Shown: piece after piece, positions 46,050 through 55,848 of the stretch
Position numbering within the stretch: the stretch's first letter is position 1
Layout of the letters: every line of letters starts with the position of its first letter
IMG/VR virus record: IMGVR_UViG_3300011116_001007
Strand: one strand, 5' to 3'
DNA from: a virus
Lineage: Duplodnaviria; Caudoviricetes
Length of the DNA stretch: 64,000 nucleotides
Notes under the pieces: model-generated
The model's input: only the letters and a program-made list of their open reading frames with translations
Databases searched by the model: none
Told to the model about the DNA's origin: nothing
Program-made: the position numbers and the translations under genes

Positions 46050-46691
46050 TTATTTAGCCTGTATTGGCACAGTCTTGCGAACAATTCCCGGCAGAACGAG
46101 ATTCAACATCAGCGCATCATTGATGTCATGATGATCGATAAAATTCCAGTCATTGGTGTAAAAATGCTTGTAATGAAACATCCGCCCGTCATCGCCAATC
46201 AATCGAGACTGCAAGCCCGGCGTGATCCTAAAATAGTCCGGGCGGTTGGCAAAAAATTGTATAAATCTATCGCGCTCAATGTCGTTGAAATATTTGCCTC
46301 TGAGATAAGTTCTGTATTGATGTTGTGTTTTTTCAAGCACAACCACATCCTTTGCTCGATCAACCACACATTGATTGTACTTGGCTGTTCTTGTTATGTA
46401 GGACAAGGCCGCCAAGTCTTTTAACAGTGTTAAATTATTGGTGTAAACATATACCCAACTGCCGTAGATGATAGATTTATGTGCATCTTTGTCGGCTGCC
46501 AACAGCATGGCCACTTCGCCCACATCAGAATACTCGGGCATACGCTCCACAAAGTCTTTTATATCTTTTGTATTGGAATATTTGAATAATCTACGCCATC
46601 TGCCAACTTCTTCCAATCTAAAATCTATGGCATACTCGTACTGATCATAGTACAAACTGCCTCGGGACACGTATTTGAAGTCAATCATCAA
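46050..46691 (-). CDS. Hypothetical protein
   Basis: 213 aa, coupled to clpA stop. Confidence 0.55.
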   Translation of the reverse strand: MMIDFKYVSRGSLYYDQYEYAIDFRLEEVGRWRRLFKYSNTKDIKDFVERMPEYSDVGEVAMLLAADKDAHKSIIYGSWVYVYTNNLTLLKDLAALSYITRTAKYNQCVVDRAKDVVVLEKTQHQYRTYLRGKYFNDIERDRFIQFFANRPDYFRITPGLQSRLIGDDGRMFHYKHFYTNDWNFIDHHDINDALMLNLVLPGIVRKTVPIQAK

Positions 46692-48949
46692 GTGCCTGCT
46701 GCTGGGAATCTAATGATGCCATCTACATCTACCACAGGAATCACATGTGCTTGAGTTTCAAAATGCACTTGATCATCCACTAGTGTTGCAGTGATATCAC
46801 AATCGGTCAGTCGATCAAACAGGATCCGCTTGCTCAATGGCACACGGATCAACTGATCAATCTTGCGGCTTAGGGGTCTTGCACCCATTTTGTTATCATA
46901 GCCTTTTTCAGCCAGGTAATCAATCACGGGCTCTGTCAACACCAAGCGTATGCGTTTGCTTTCCAAACTGGTCTTGAGCTCATCCACAAATTTAAGCACA
47001 ATCTTTTTAATGGCCAAAGTATCCAGTTTCACAAACTTACACACTTGATCAATACGATTACGCATTTCGGGCTTGAAGAACTCTTTCATGGCACGGTCTT
47101 CTTCTCCGGTCTTTTCTTGTGAGCCAAAGCCGATGGCATTGCTTTCGCTGTCCCTGGAACCCAGATTTGAAGTCATGATAATGATGCAGTTCTTCACATT
47201 GGCCTTTTTGCCATTGCTGCTGGTCAACACACCTTCGTCCAGCATCTGCAGCAAGATGTTGCTGACATCTGGATGTGCCTTTTCAATTTCGTCAAACAAG
47301 ATCACAGAAAAGGGATTCTTGCTGATGTCGGCGATCAACTTGCCGCCGCCTATGTTGCCGTCCTCAAATCCCACATAGCCTGGAGGTGCACCAATCAAGC
47401 CTGACACACTGTGACGTTCTTGATACTCACTCATGTCGTATTTCAACAATGGCATGTCCAGGTGCTGGCTCAACAGTCTGGCCAATTCAGTTTTGCCTGT
47501 GCCAGTGGGCCCCGTAAACAAGAAACTGGCCATGGGCCGTCGTTCGTTGCCAATACCTGAGAAGTTGATGTACACACGATCCAACACAGCATCCACCGCA
47601 GCGTCTTGCCCGTAGAGATGTTGTTTGATATTGCTTTCAAGATCCACAATCTTGGCTGATCGCTCATTCTGCAATCGATCTGTGGGCACACCTGTCACAC
47701 GGGCCACTTGTGCTTCAATCAATTCTTTAGTGATGGTCGCGGTGCCTGCATCTCGAACACGTTCTCGGGCACAGGCTGCATCCAACAGATCAATACACTT
47801 GTCAGGATTCTTTCGATCGTGAATGTATCGATTGCCCAGTTCCACAGCAGTGGTCATTGCCGCTGTGTCGATCATGACATTGTGGAATGCTTCCAGTCTG
47901 GGTGAGAGCCCGATCAGGATCTTTTCAGTGGTCGCAGTGTCCGGTTCGTCAATCGACAACCTGTAGAAACGGCGCATGAGAGCACGATCCTTTTCGAAGC
48001 TCTCGTAAAATTCTTCCCAGGTGGTACTGGCCACAACCTTGAGTGTGCCACGTGTGATGGCTGGTTTCAGCATGTTGGCAAAGTCTAGACTGCTTCCCGA
48101 ACTGCCTGCACCTGCACCTTTCATGGTGTGTGCTTCGTCCACAAACAAGATGCAGTTCTTTTTGGCTTCCAAGGCTGCCAGTACCACCTTGAGTTTTTCT
48201 TCAAACTCGCCGCGGTATTTGCTTCCGGCCAGCAAACTACCAATTTCCAAACTCCATACTTCGTAGCCTTTGAGGAACTCAGGCACACGCCCTGCATTGA
48301 TTTCCTGTGCTAGTCCTTCCACAATGCAGGTCTTGCCCACACCAGGATCGCCTACCATGAGCACGTTGGCTTTGAAACGACGTGCCAGCACAGCAATCAT
48401 TTCTTCCAGTTCAGTTGCACGACCAATCAGCGGTTCCAATTGATTGGCAGCGGCCTGTGCAGTGAGACTGGTACAGTATTCGGTCAGTACTTCGTCTGCT
48501 TGATTGGATGTCATTTTGCTGTCTACCTGTGTGTGATTTTTCTGATAGAATTCCACAAACTCAGACTTCTTCATCCCGTACTTGAGCAAAAAGTAGTGTG
48601 CATGGCTGTTGGTTTCGGCCATGATGCTGAGATACACATCCAACAGGTTCATGGCTCTGCGGCCAGTGAACATGACCTGCACGTTGGCTCGATTGAACAC
48701 ACGTTCCAGGCTTTGTGTTTTTTTGGGCTGTACATCACCTGTCTTGACCAGGTTCATCAGACTGTTCAAGTATGCATCCAGCTCTTGATCCAGCATGTCT
48801 ATTTCCACGCCAAACTGTTCAACCAGTCTACGGAAGTGTCCTTGGCGCAGCATGGCCAATAACAAGTGTTCGGTCATCACATATTCGTGACTTTTTTCTT
48901 TAGCTATTTTTACAGCGTTGTCAACAATGCTTTCGATTTCGTGTGCCAT
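46688..48949 (-). CDS. clpA: ClpA-like AAA+ unfoldase
   Basis: Clp-N domain, GDPGVGKT, FVDEAH, GPTGTGKT, FDEIEKAHP, IGF ClpP-docking loop (NAIGFG). Confidence 0.9.
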   Translation of the reverse strand: MAHEIESIVDNAVKIAKEKSHEYVMTEHLLLAMLRQGHFRRLVEQFGVEIDMLDQELDAYLNSLMNLVKTGDVQPKKTQSLERVFNRANVQVMFTGRRAMNLLDVYLSIMAETNSHAHYFLLKYGMKKSEFVEFYQKNHTQVDSKMTSNQADEVLTEYCTSLTAQAAANQLEPLIGRATELEEMIAVLARRFKANVLMVGDPGVGKTCIVEGLAQEINAGRVPEFLKGYEVWSLEIGSLLAGSKYRGEFEEKLKVVLAALEAKKNCILFVDEAHTMKGAGAGSSGSSLDFANMLKPAITRGTLKVVASTTWEEFYESFEKDRALMRRFYRLSIDEPDTATTEKILIGLSPRLEAFHNVMIDTAAMTTAVELGNRYIHDRKNPDKCIDLLDAACARERVRDAGTATITKELIEAQVARVTGVPTDRLQNERSAKIVDLESNIKQHLYGQDAAVDAVLDRVYINFSGIGNERRPMASFLFTGPTGTGKTELARLLSQHLDMPLLKYDMSEYQERHSVSGLIGAPPGYVGFEDGNIGGGKLIADISKNPFSVILFDEIEKAHPDVSNILLQMLDEGVLTSSNGKKANVKNCIIIMTSNLGSRDSESNAIGFGSQEKTGEEDRAMKEFFKPEMRNRIDQVCKFVKLDTLAIKKIVLKFVDELKTSLESKRIRLVLTEPVIDYLAEKGYDNKMGARPLSRKIDQLIRVPLSKRILFDRLTDCDITATLVDDQVHFETQAHVIPVVDVDGIIRFPAAGT

Positions 48950-48978
48950 TAATGGTCCTTGTGTGGATAACAGTTTGT

Positions 48979-49007
48979 ATTATACTACTTAACTTGAATT
49001 GACGCAA
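48979..49007 (-). promoter_or_regulatory. sigma70 promoter for clpA
   Basis: TTGCGT-17 bp-TATAAT. Confidence 0.55.
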
Positions 49008-49021
49008 TCATTCTGGTAGTA

Positions 49022-49807
49022 TTATTGGTGTTGTTGGATGGCATCTAACAATGCATCGGGAATGGCATCAGGAATTCGAGCCTGCATGCGTACCAAAATG
49101 TCGCCAGGCGGTCCATCTTTGCTGACCAAGCCCTGACCTTTCAATCGCATGATCGAACCTGGTTGTGTGCGCGGTGGCACAGTCATGCTCAGTGTACTGC
49201 CAGTGGGTGTGTGTATTTCAACATCTGAGCCCAGGATCAGTTTCCAAATGTCCACTTTGCGTTCGCAATGCAGGTTGAATCCATCTCTATGCCAAACTGG
49301 ATCAGGATTGATTCTAAACTGCACAATCAGATCCATACCGCCAGGTGCTATGCCACCGTATTGCACATTGTCGCCGTCTTGAATGGATCGAGGAATGTCA
49401 ATCTGCACAGTGGTAGTGCCCACAGCAGTGCTCACGCTCACAGTTTTTGCACCACCGCGTATGGCATCGGCTAGCGATATCCACAAGTTCATGGTGACCT
49501 GACGGCGCTGTTGCTGTTGTTGGGCATGCATCTGCTGGCCAAACATTTGGCTGAATATGTTGTTGAGATCAAACGGATTGCCCGGAAATCCACCACCAAA
49601 ATGCTGTGTGTGTTGCTGCGGATTGTTGTAGGCTGCTCGCTTTTGATCGTCGCTGAGTGTTTCGTAAGCAGCTTGGATTTGTTGGAATTTGGCAGTGTCA
49701 CCACCTTTGTCAGGATGATGCTGACTGGCCAACCGACGATAGGCCTTTTTTATGTCATCAGCAGATGCTGTGCGCGGTACACCCAGGGTGTCATAATAAT
49801 CACTCAT
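49022..49807 (-). CDS. DnaJ/CbpA-like co-chaperone (no zinc finger)
   Basis: [23 protein letters not shown] domain, G/F region, DnaJ-C. Confidence 0.9.
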   Translation of the reverse strand: MSDYYDTLGVPRTASADDIKKAYRRLASQHHPDKGGDTAKFQQIQAAYETLSDDQKRAAYNNPQQHTQHFGGGFPGNPFDLNNIFSQMFGQQMHAQQQQQRRQVTMNLWISLADAIRGGAKTVSVSTAVGTTTVQIDIPRSIQDGDNVQYGGIAPGGMDLIVQFRINPDPVWHRDGFNLHCERKVDIWKLILGSDVEIHTPTGSTLSMTVPPRTQPGSIMRLKGQGLVSKDGPPGDILVRMQARIPDAIPDALLDAIQQHQ

Positions 49808-49815
49808 AGTATGTA

Positions 49816-49844
49816 ATTATACACACTCTTGAACAGTTGAGCAA
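49816..49844 (-). promoter_or_regulatory. sigma70 promoter for dnaJ-like gene (near-leaderless)
   Basis: TTGCTC-17 bp-TATAAT ending 8 nt before ATG. Confidence 0.5.
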
Positions 49845-49855
49845 TTAATGTTGAC

Positions 49856-50050
49856 TCATTTCTTTTCAGGAACTGGGGTGCCTTCGAGTTTCTTGTGCTT
49901 CTTTATGGTTCGGCAGTTTTGTCTGACCTTGCCTGTTTTGTCTTTGACTGGCACACCTGCTTTGTCTTTGACATCCACGCACACCTGCGTGGTTTCGGCG
50001 TGAACCAGACCGAATATAGTGAGTGCAATTAGTACAAATGGTTTTTTCAT
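49856..50050 (-). CDS. Small secreted basic peptide
   Basis: Signal peptide ending VHA, two Cys, VKDKxG repeat. Confidence 0.55.
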   Translation of the reverse strand: MKKPFVLIALTIFGLVHAETTQVCVDVKDKAGVPVKDKTGKVRQNCRTIKKHKKLEGTPVPEKK

Positions 50051-50059
50051 ATATTGTCC

Positions 50060-50644
50060 TTAAATTTCTGGGAAGTCAGGTTGTGGGGGTGCTTTTTTTC
50101 CTCCCCATCCTGTGGTAACCGTTCCTGCTCCAAAGCCTGGATTGCCACCAAAGCCTGTTGGTGCTGGTGAATTAAAGCCACTGGCGTTGCCGAAGCCTCC
50201 TGTTGCTGGTGTTGTTGTGTTGCCATATGCATTTCCTCCAAATCCTCCTCCAACTAAGTTGGGTTGGTTACTCACATTAACTGTATTTTGTGCGCCTGGC
50301 GGTACGTATGTGGTACCTGCATTGGCCGGCAGTTGTATGCCACCATTGTTGGCTCCGCCTAGTTTTTCCTGTGTGCGGCCATATGCAGCAATGCCCAACA
50401 CAGCACCCATGGCAATATGGAACAGTCCTGCACCTTGCAGTGTGAGTGGTTGCCATTGGCTATTGATTGCGCCGTGACTGAGACTTTGCAACAGACTCCA
50501 TAGTACAGGAAACAGCATGAAATCACATGTGCAAACAGCCATGTACATCCAACCCATCATTGGGCGCCATTTTGAATTCATCCAATCTTCTTTTTTCTTT
50601 TCGCTCTCACTTGCGACCGGTTCTTGCCAATTTTGATCAGCCAT
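50060..50644 (-). CDS. 3TM holin-like protein
   Basis: KWRPMMGWMY..DF, hydrophobic helices, Gly-rich tail; in lysis cassette. Confidence 0.65.
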   Translation of the reverse strand: MADQNWQEPVASESEKKKEDWMNSKWRPMMGWMYMAVCTCDFMLFPVLWSLLQSLSHGAINSQWQPLTLQGAGLFHIAMGAVLGIAAYGRTQEKLGGANNGGIQLPANAGTTYVPPGAQNTVNVSNQPNLVGGGFGGNAYGNTTTPATGGFGNASGFNSPAPTGFGGNPGFGAGTVTTGWGGKKAPPQPDFPEI

Positions 50645-50646
50645 GA

Positions 50647-50775
50647 TTATTCTCCTTTTTGTTTTTTGGCAAATGCCGCTTGTATTTTTTCTTGAACAAT
50701 TTTAGCCCAAAATGGTTGTGGAAAATTCCACCCTACGAATGCCCCCAGTGCGATCCAGATCAGTGTGTCTAACAT
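50647..50775 (-). CDS. Small single-TM protein (42 aa)
   Basis: MLDTLIWIALGAFVGWNFPQPFWAK...; between endolysin and holin. Confidence 0.55.
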   Translation of the reverse strand: MLDTLIWIALGAFVGWNFPQPFWAKIVQEKIQAAFAKKQKGE

Positions 50776-50776
50776 A

Positions 50777-51397
50777 TCAAACTCCCATCACATGTAATGC
50801 ATGTTCATAATGGCTGATACGGTCTTCCAGGCCAATGTAGCCACCGTTGATGGCCCGAGTCAGCCCTTTGATGTCTCCTGAATCAGCATAACGATTCAAG
50901 TTGTTGGTTTCCCAAAACCAGCAGGCGCTTTGTGCTGCACCTTCAAATGTGCTCAAGTAATCGCTGGCTTCTTCTACATCAATACCCAAACTGCCGGCAA
51001 AGAATGTGTAGTTGTCACGCCCTGTGAGTTGTATCAGTCCGCGGCCACAAAAACGATAACCATCACCTGACGCTTCGTCGCCGTTGCCCATTCTGCTGGC
51101 ATATACTCTGTTGGCAATCTTTTCTGGACGATTGGCATATTGCTGGGCCAATTCCATTGTGGGGAAATACTTGCCAAATGTTTTCATCAGGCTGGCAGCC
51201 CGGTAGTTGAGATTTTCCTTGATGAACACAAAACTGCCCGACTCGTGAGCGCACTGTGCAACGAATGCTGCCACTCGTGCAGGTGTGTTGATTTCATAAT
51301 CAGGCAACAATTGATCAATGGCTTCGTACCAGTGGTCAATGTGCGGATTACGAACCATTTGTTTTAGTTGATTCAATTGCAGTATTGAATTGCTCAT
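50777..51397 (-). CDS. GH19 chitinase-like endolysin
   Basis: AAFVAQCAHESG, ENLNY, GRGLIQLTGRDNY, SACWFW, INGGYIGLEDR. Confidence 0.92.
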   Translation of the reverse strand: MSNSILQLNQLKQMVRNPHIDHWYEAIDQLLPDYEINTPARVAAFVAQCAHESGSFVFIKENLNYRAASLMKTFGKYFPTMELAQQYANRPEKIANRVYASRMGNGDEASGDGYRFCGRGLIQLTGRDNYTFFAGSLGIDVEEASDYLSTFEGAAQSACWFWETNNLNRYADSGDIKGLTRAINGGYIGLEDRISHYEHALHVMGV

Positions 51398-51657
51398 TTT
51401 ACTTCCTCCCATATTTGTTTTTGTCGTGTGTACCATTCTTGCCAGGCTTCTGTTTGTGCTGCACATTCATGGTATGTGGTGTAATTTTGTGTCACAGTTC
51501 GGGTGAAATCCACAATCGTGACCCGGTCACCTGTGATGGTTTTTAATTCAGGACACTTGACCATTAATACATCAGGTGCTGCGGGAAATGCTGTTGTGAC
51601 AGGTACTGTGGTACAGGCTGACAGAAACAATACAAATACAAAGATTAGATATTTCAT
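51394..51657 (-). CDS. o-spanin (Rz1-like lipoprotein)
   Basis: Lipobox LSAC, Pro-rich, C..C. Confidence 0.75.
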   Translation of the reverse strand: MKYLIFVFVLFLSACTTVPVTTAFPAAPDVLMVKCPELKTITGDRVTIVDFTRTVTQNYTTYHECAAQTEAWQEWYTRQKQIWEEVK

Positions 51658-52127
51658 TTCTTTTCTCCCACGGGCCGATTGGCCGCTGCGGCATTGTGTG
51701 TGTTCACAATGACTTCGGGAATGGGACAGTTTTCTACAAACCGGATCACTTCTTGATTTTTAACAACTTCGCGGTCCAGGTACTGCACAATGTCATTGCC
51801 GCGTTCTTTAATTACCTTGGTCTTGGTAACTATTTTGGTCACAATTTCAGTGTTGACTTGGGCACTTTGTTTTTCAGCCTCGGCCAATTTGAGTTCTAGT
51901 TCAGCCACTCGCTCGCGCCATTCTGATTCCACAGCATAACCGCCGCGCCAGTATACCCCGATCACCAGCAGAGCGATGCCCAGGACCTGTGCAGGCAACC
52001 GATATTGGTTCAGTAGCGGTACGGTTTGTATAAAAAAAGCAGCCACGGTGAGCAAGAAGCCTGCTGCTAGTAAACTGTTACAGATCCATAAGATCAAAGT
52101 GTCGGGCAATAAATGTAATATCCACAT
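51654..52127 (-). CDS. i-spanin (Rz-like)
   Basis: N-terminal TM helices, coiled coil, C-terminal CPIP. Confidence 0.7.
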   Translation of the reverse strand: MWILHLLPDTLILWICNSLLAAGFLLTVAAFFIQTVPLLNQYRLPAQVLGIALLVIGVYWRGGYAVESEWRERVAELELKLAEAEKQSAQVNTEIVTKIVTKTKVIKERGNDIVQYLDREVVKNQEVIRFVENCPIPEVIVNTHNAAAANRPVGEKK

Positions 52128-52151
52128 GTAGATATTTATCTACTAGTATTA

Positions 52152-53009
52152 TTATTCTAACCCCATGCTTTTGCGTATGTTTGTGGCACTGATACTGTGT
52201 GTTTTTTCGTCAAATGTTTCTTGCTCAATGCGGTAACCTACATCACGTCCGTAAGTGATATTTACAATGTTGGGCACAACTTGTATTTCGTATTGCCCTT
52301 GATACACAGGGTCTAGATCTCTGCGTATATTATTCTTCACTTGATCAATTGCAAAAGGATTGGACCCTTGCCAGCCTTGACAATCTCTCACCTGGATTAC
52401 AACCTGCCCAGTTTTGGCTATGGCACGGTCAAACAAGGCACGATGTCCTGCATGCCATGGTTGCCAGCGACCCAGCATCTGCACAGTTTCTTTTTGCCAA
52501 TCAAACACAGGGCGTCGGCGATTGTCCAGGATGTGTTGCCCAACAAACTCAGCCCACTTGTCGGCGTTTTGCTCTGTGATACGGAAGTCGTATACTTCAG
52601 GTGGCACAAACGCTTGGTTGGTATCTTCAAAGCGTCCACGATCAATTGTGTCCATCCAAATGGTCCAGTCTGCCTTGAAGTTGTTGCGTTGTTCTGTTAA
52701 TGGTGCCACAAAGTCGCAGATCACATAGTCGCCTGAACATTTTAATGCAAATTCAGCCATGCGTAAACTTTGACGGATACGGCCTTCCCGACTGAAATCC
52801 CAGTCGTTGTAACGTTTGCGTATCTCGTCGGCATTGAACCAATCCACTTGAGAATGATATGCTGTGGGCACGGATTCCATGTTCACGGTTCTATACATGG
52901 GCATGGTCTTTATGCTGCTGTTATCTTCCAGGTATTTTTTTAGTGCTGTGGCCAGATAAGTTTTGCCTGAGCCGGGCAGGCCCATGATCAAGATTTTTTG
53001 TGGACTCAT
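52152..53009 (-). CDS. Adenylylsulfate kinase-like domain fused to HxGH nucleotidyltransferase domain
   Basis: GLPGSGKT, NADEIRK..DFSREGR, CDFVAP; C-terminal GRWQPWHAGH..ISATNIR. Confidence 0.75.
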   Translation of the reverse strand: MSPQKILIMGLPGSGKTYLATALKKYLEDNSSIKTMPMYRTVNMESVPTAYHSQVDWFNADEIRKRYNDWDFSREGRIRQSLRMAEFALKCSGDYVICDFVAPLTEQRNNFKADWTIWMDTIDRGRFEDTNQAFVPPEVYDFRITEQNADKWAEFVGQHILDNRRRPVFDWQKETVQMLGRWQPWHAGHRALFDRAIAKTGQVVIQVRDCQGWQGSNPFAIDQVKNNIRRDLDPVYQGQYEIQVVPNIVNITYGRDVGYRIEQETFDEKTHSISATNIRKSMGLE

Positions 53010-53058
53010 GTTATTTCTATTTGTTTGAAGTGTGGTGTGCTATTATTTACCGAGCATG

Positions 53059-53979
53059 TTATACTAACTGTGTAATTTTGCTCACAAAATAACCAGCAGT
53101 TTTAACACCATAATGACTCATGTCACGACCCCAATCCATAGTCGCAAATGCCGGCACAAATTTAGCACCTATTTGCACTAGATGTTTTTCAATTACCGGT
53201 ATTTGATCCCCGGGAGCAAACTCAGGAACAAAACTGTGTATCACAGTGATATTGTGTTGCTGTGCCAGTTGTTCAACGCAATTAATACAGTCAATTGTAT
53301 TTTGTGTGTCATCTTGTGTTGTGGCGTTTTCTGAATAATGAAGAAACCGTTCCTCGTCGTACATACCATTGGTGCAATCAAAGTTAAATCTTTCTTTCTC
53401 AGCATCATAATGTATTTCTTTTATTTCTTTTTGCACATGCAGGGGCAGGGTGTGAAAATCCTCAAATTTTACGTCACTTGGCCAGGTTGCATCTTTGATA
53501 TTCTTGTAGAATTTTTTCCAATCAGAATTAATTAAATCGATTAAAATGGAATCTGGTTTTTCTCGACGGTGCGTGTAACTCCAGTGTATTACAATAGTAG
53601 GAGGGGTAATTTCAGTCAACAGATTTTGAATTTTTCTAGTGATCCATTCATTGCTTTGCCCGGCCATACTTACGTTGATACAACGTTGATCTAGTGCTTG
53701 TTCTAGTAGATAAACCCAGTTGTGTGATATTGGGTTACCAATGCCCACAGTCTGACTGTCGCCAAAGCACCAAACGCACTGCTGCAATTGTTCAACAGTG
53801 TCAGGCCATTCGTGATCTCTGAATCCTCTGCTGTTGTGATGGTAGGTAATTGGGTACAAGAACGCATTGTAATGATCAATGTCATGGCACTTTGTTGGCG
53901 AATCAATTTGAAGTTCTGTTGATCGTGCATTGCGTAAACTCCACCAGAGAAAATTAGGTAATATCTTTGCCATGGCCAT
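53059..53979 (-). CDS. SGNH-like protein
   Basis: CFGDSQTVG, NVSMAGQSN, DMSHYG. Confidence 0.55.
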   Translation of the reverse strand: MAMAKILPNFLWWSLRNARSTELQIDSPTKCHDIDHYNAFLYPITYHHNSRGFRDHEWPDTVEQLQQCVWCFGDSQTVGIGNPISHNWVYLLEQALDQRCINVSMAGQSNEWITRKIQNLLTEITPPTIVIHWSYTHRREKPDSILIDLINSDWKKFYKNIKDATWPSDVKFEDFHTLPLHVQKEIKEIHYDAEKERFNFDCTNGMYDEERFLHYSENATTQDDTQNTIDCINCVEQLAQQHNITVIHSFVPEFAPGDQIPVIEKHLVQIGAKFVPAFATMDWGRDMSHYGVKTAGYFVSKITQLV

Positions 53980-54571
53980 TTCTTTGAATCTTTTCCACAA
54001 TCAAATCGTAAATTATCTTGTTGCCACGGTCAGTATAGTGATTCATAAAGCCGTTGTGTTTTTTAAATACCCATTCAAAGTTCATCATATTATCAAATTG
54101 ATGTAAATTGTCCCAGGGAGAGTGTACAACATGCAAAATTTTTCCCGTCGCAGTGGTCAATAAATTTTGTATTTTTTCACAGGTCATTGAATGCACAAAT
54201 TTTGCATATTCTAAATCAAAATAGTTTTCATAATAATCAACTATAGAACTCAATGATTTATCATTTTTTGCGTGTGCCAGGATGTCTGTGTAAATTAAAT
54301 CACTATTTTTATGCAGTACATCGTTGTGATGCACAGGATGAGTTCGAACATATATACGATTGGGGCTGGTATGTGATACCAAGATTGTATTAAATTTGTT
54401 TATGTCAACAGATAGCAACTGCTGATATATTTTGTATTCGCCGCAGCCGGGCTGTGCAAGATTAGTTACATCAAAACATTCGGCCAATTTATTAGGCCAA
54501 CCCCACCCAGGATATTTAACTGTCCAATCTGCGGCAAAACTATCGCCGCAGATCAAAAGTTTGTCAGACAT
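53954..54571 (-). CDS. SGNH-like protein
   Basis: ICGDSFA, NLAQPGCGE, NHYT. Confidence 0.55.
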   Translation of the reverse strand: MSDKLLICGDSFAADWTVKYPGWGWPNKLAECFDVTNLAQPGCGEYKIYQQLLSVDINKFNTILVSHTSPNRIYVRTHPVHHNDVLHKNSDLIYTDILAHAKNDKSLSSIVDYYENYFDLEYAKFVHSMTCEKIQNLLTTATGKILHVVHSPWDNLHQFDNMMNFEWVFKKHNGFMNHYTDRGNKIIYDLIVEKIQRNGHGKDIT

Positions 54572-54574
54572 AAC

Positions 54575-55234
54575 TTAGATTCTTCCCAATTTAATTTGCT
54601 GTAGGAATTGTTCAGTTTGAGCAGTGCGAATTCCAGTGATTTGCAGTGTGGCTCTGGGCACATGACCAGCATTGGCTGTGGCATGTGGCACATTGATCCA
54701 GTCAAATGTGGTCACACTTCCGGCTGACCAGCCAGACCACATGTAGTTGCCGTAACTCCAAAAATGACCCTGCTGCCAGTCTGTGAGTTGTACAAAATAA
54801 CGCACCACTTGACTGGGATCAGCAGGCATCCATTTTTCCAATTTGTCCAGGTGTAAATTCCACACTTGCCCGGGGTGCTGTACATGTATACGGGCCATGA
54901 CCGAGTCCAATGCAAATTGATTTGCAATTTGCTGAAACACCGGAGCAAGCTCATAGTTCAAATTGCTCACAACATAATCTTTGCTCATGCCGTATGATTC
55001 TAAATCGTATTCTTCACGGTCGTGTTCTTCGCTGCTGCGAACCTTGGCATCATTGGGCTGGCCTCTTGTGCGCCATGTCACAGGTCGACTGGTTTCTATT
55101 GCTGTGGCCAGTTCTTGATCCCAGTTGGGTGTTATGTGTCCCAGGCGTTCAACTCTGTCCCATTTGGGATTCCAGCGTTCTGTGTCAAAATGATATTGAC
55201 TGCGTTGTTTTGTCAATTCCCAATTTGAGTTCAT
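54575..55234 (-). CDS. 2OG-Fe(II)/cupin oxygenase (aspartyl beta-hydroxylase-like)
   Basis: HLD (HxD) motif and distal PHATANAG..R..LQITG. Confidence 0.65.
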   Translation of the reverse strand: MNSNWELTKQRSQYHFDTERWNPKWDRVERLGHITPNWDQELATAIETSRPVTWRTRGQPNDAKVRSSEEHDREEYDLESYGMSKDYVVSNLNYELAPVFQQIANQFALDSVMARIHVQHPGQVWNLHLDKLEKWMPADPSQVVRYFVQLTDWQQGHFWSYGNYMWSGWSAGSVTTFDWINVPHATANAGHVPRATLQITGIRTAQTEQFLQQIKLGRI

Positions 55235-55848
55235 ATCACTGTTACCCTTACGTCTGACATTGCGTAATTTTGTTTATATTCTGCTGGCGGCGGTTGTAGA
55301 TTTAGCATGTTGCACAGCATGATATTGTCCAATGGATTGCGCCCGGGATATTTCATTGCAGCATTGACTATGCCGCTATTCTGTTGTTTGATGATGGTGG
55401 CCATTGTTTTTAAATTTTTGTAGTGGCCGTGATACAGTGGATAAGTGATGTCAAAATGCCCGCACTTGACCCACCAGCCCAAACACGCATCGTCGGGTCG
55501 ATGTACCAGTACAACAGGACAATCAGGCCAACATGCCCGTAAAAAATCAATGTTGTTGGCAAATATATGACTTTTGATAATACGCACACCAGTACCAGTG
55601 AATGCACTGTTGAATATATCCTCCAGTGCATCTTTACTCAGTGCAAACAAGTCAGGAGGCAAATCAAACTCCATGCCAGGATCAAAGTATGCACCCAAGT
55701 GCATTAACTCCGTCTGCCCACTGGCATCGTGATGATAAGTCCTGGCATCACTGTAATCACTGTGATCCAGGCTGGGGCTGTAATAGATGTTCTTAACTAC
55801 GCTGCTCCATTTTGAGCCAGGAGCGCCGGCTACAAAGATATATTTCAT
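55231..55848 (-). CDS. P-loop/sulfotransferase-like protein
   Basis: FVAGAPGSKWS, IIKSH, VLVHRP. Confidence 0.5.
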   Translation of the reverse strand: MKYIFVAGAPGSKWSSVVKNIYYSPSLDHSDYSDARTYHHDASGQTELMHLGAYFDPGMEFDLPPDLFALSKDALEDIFNSAFTGTGVRIIKSHIFANNIDFLRACWPDCPVVLVHRPDDACLGWWVKCGHFDITYPLYHGHYKNLKTMATIIKQQNSGIVNAAMKYPGRNPLDNIMLCNMLNLQPPPAEYKQNYAMSDVRVTVI

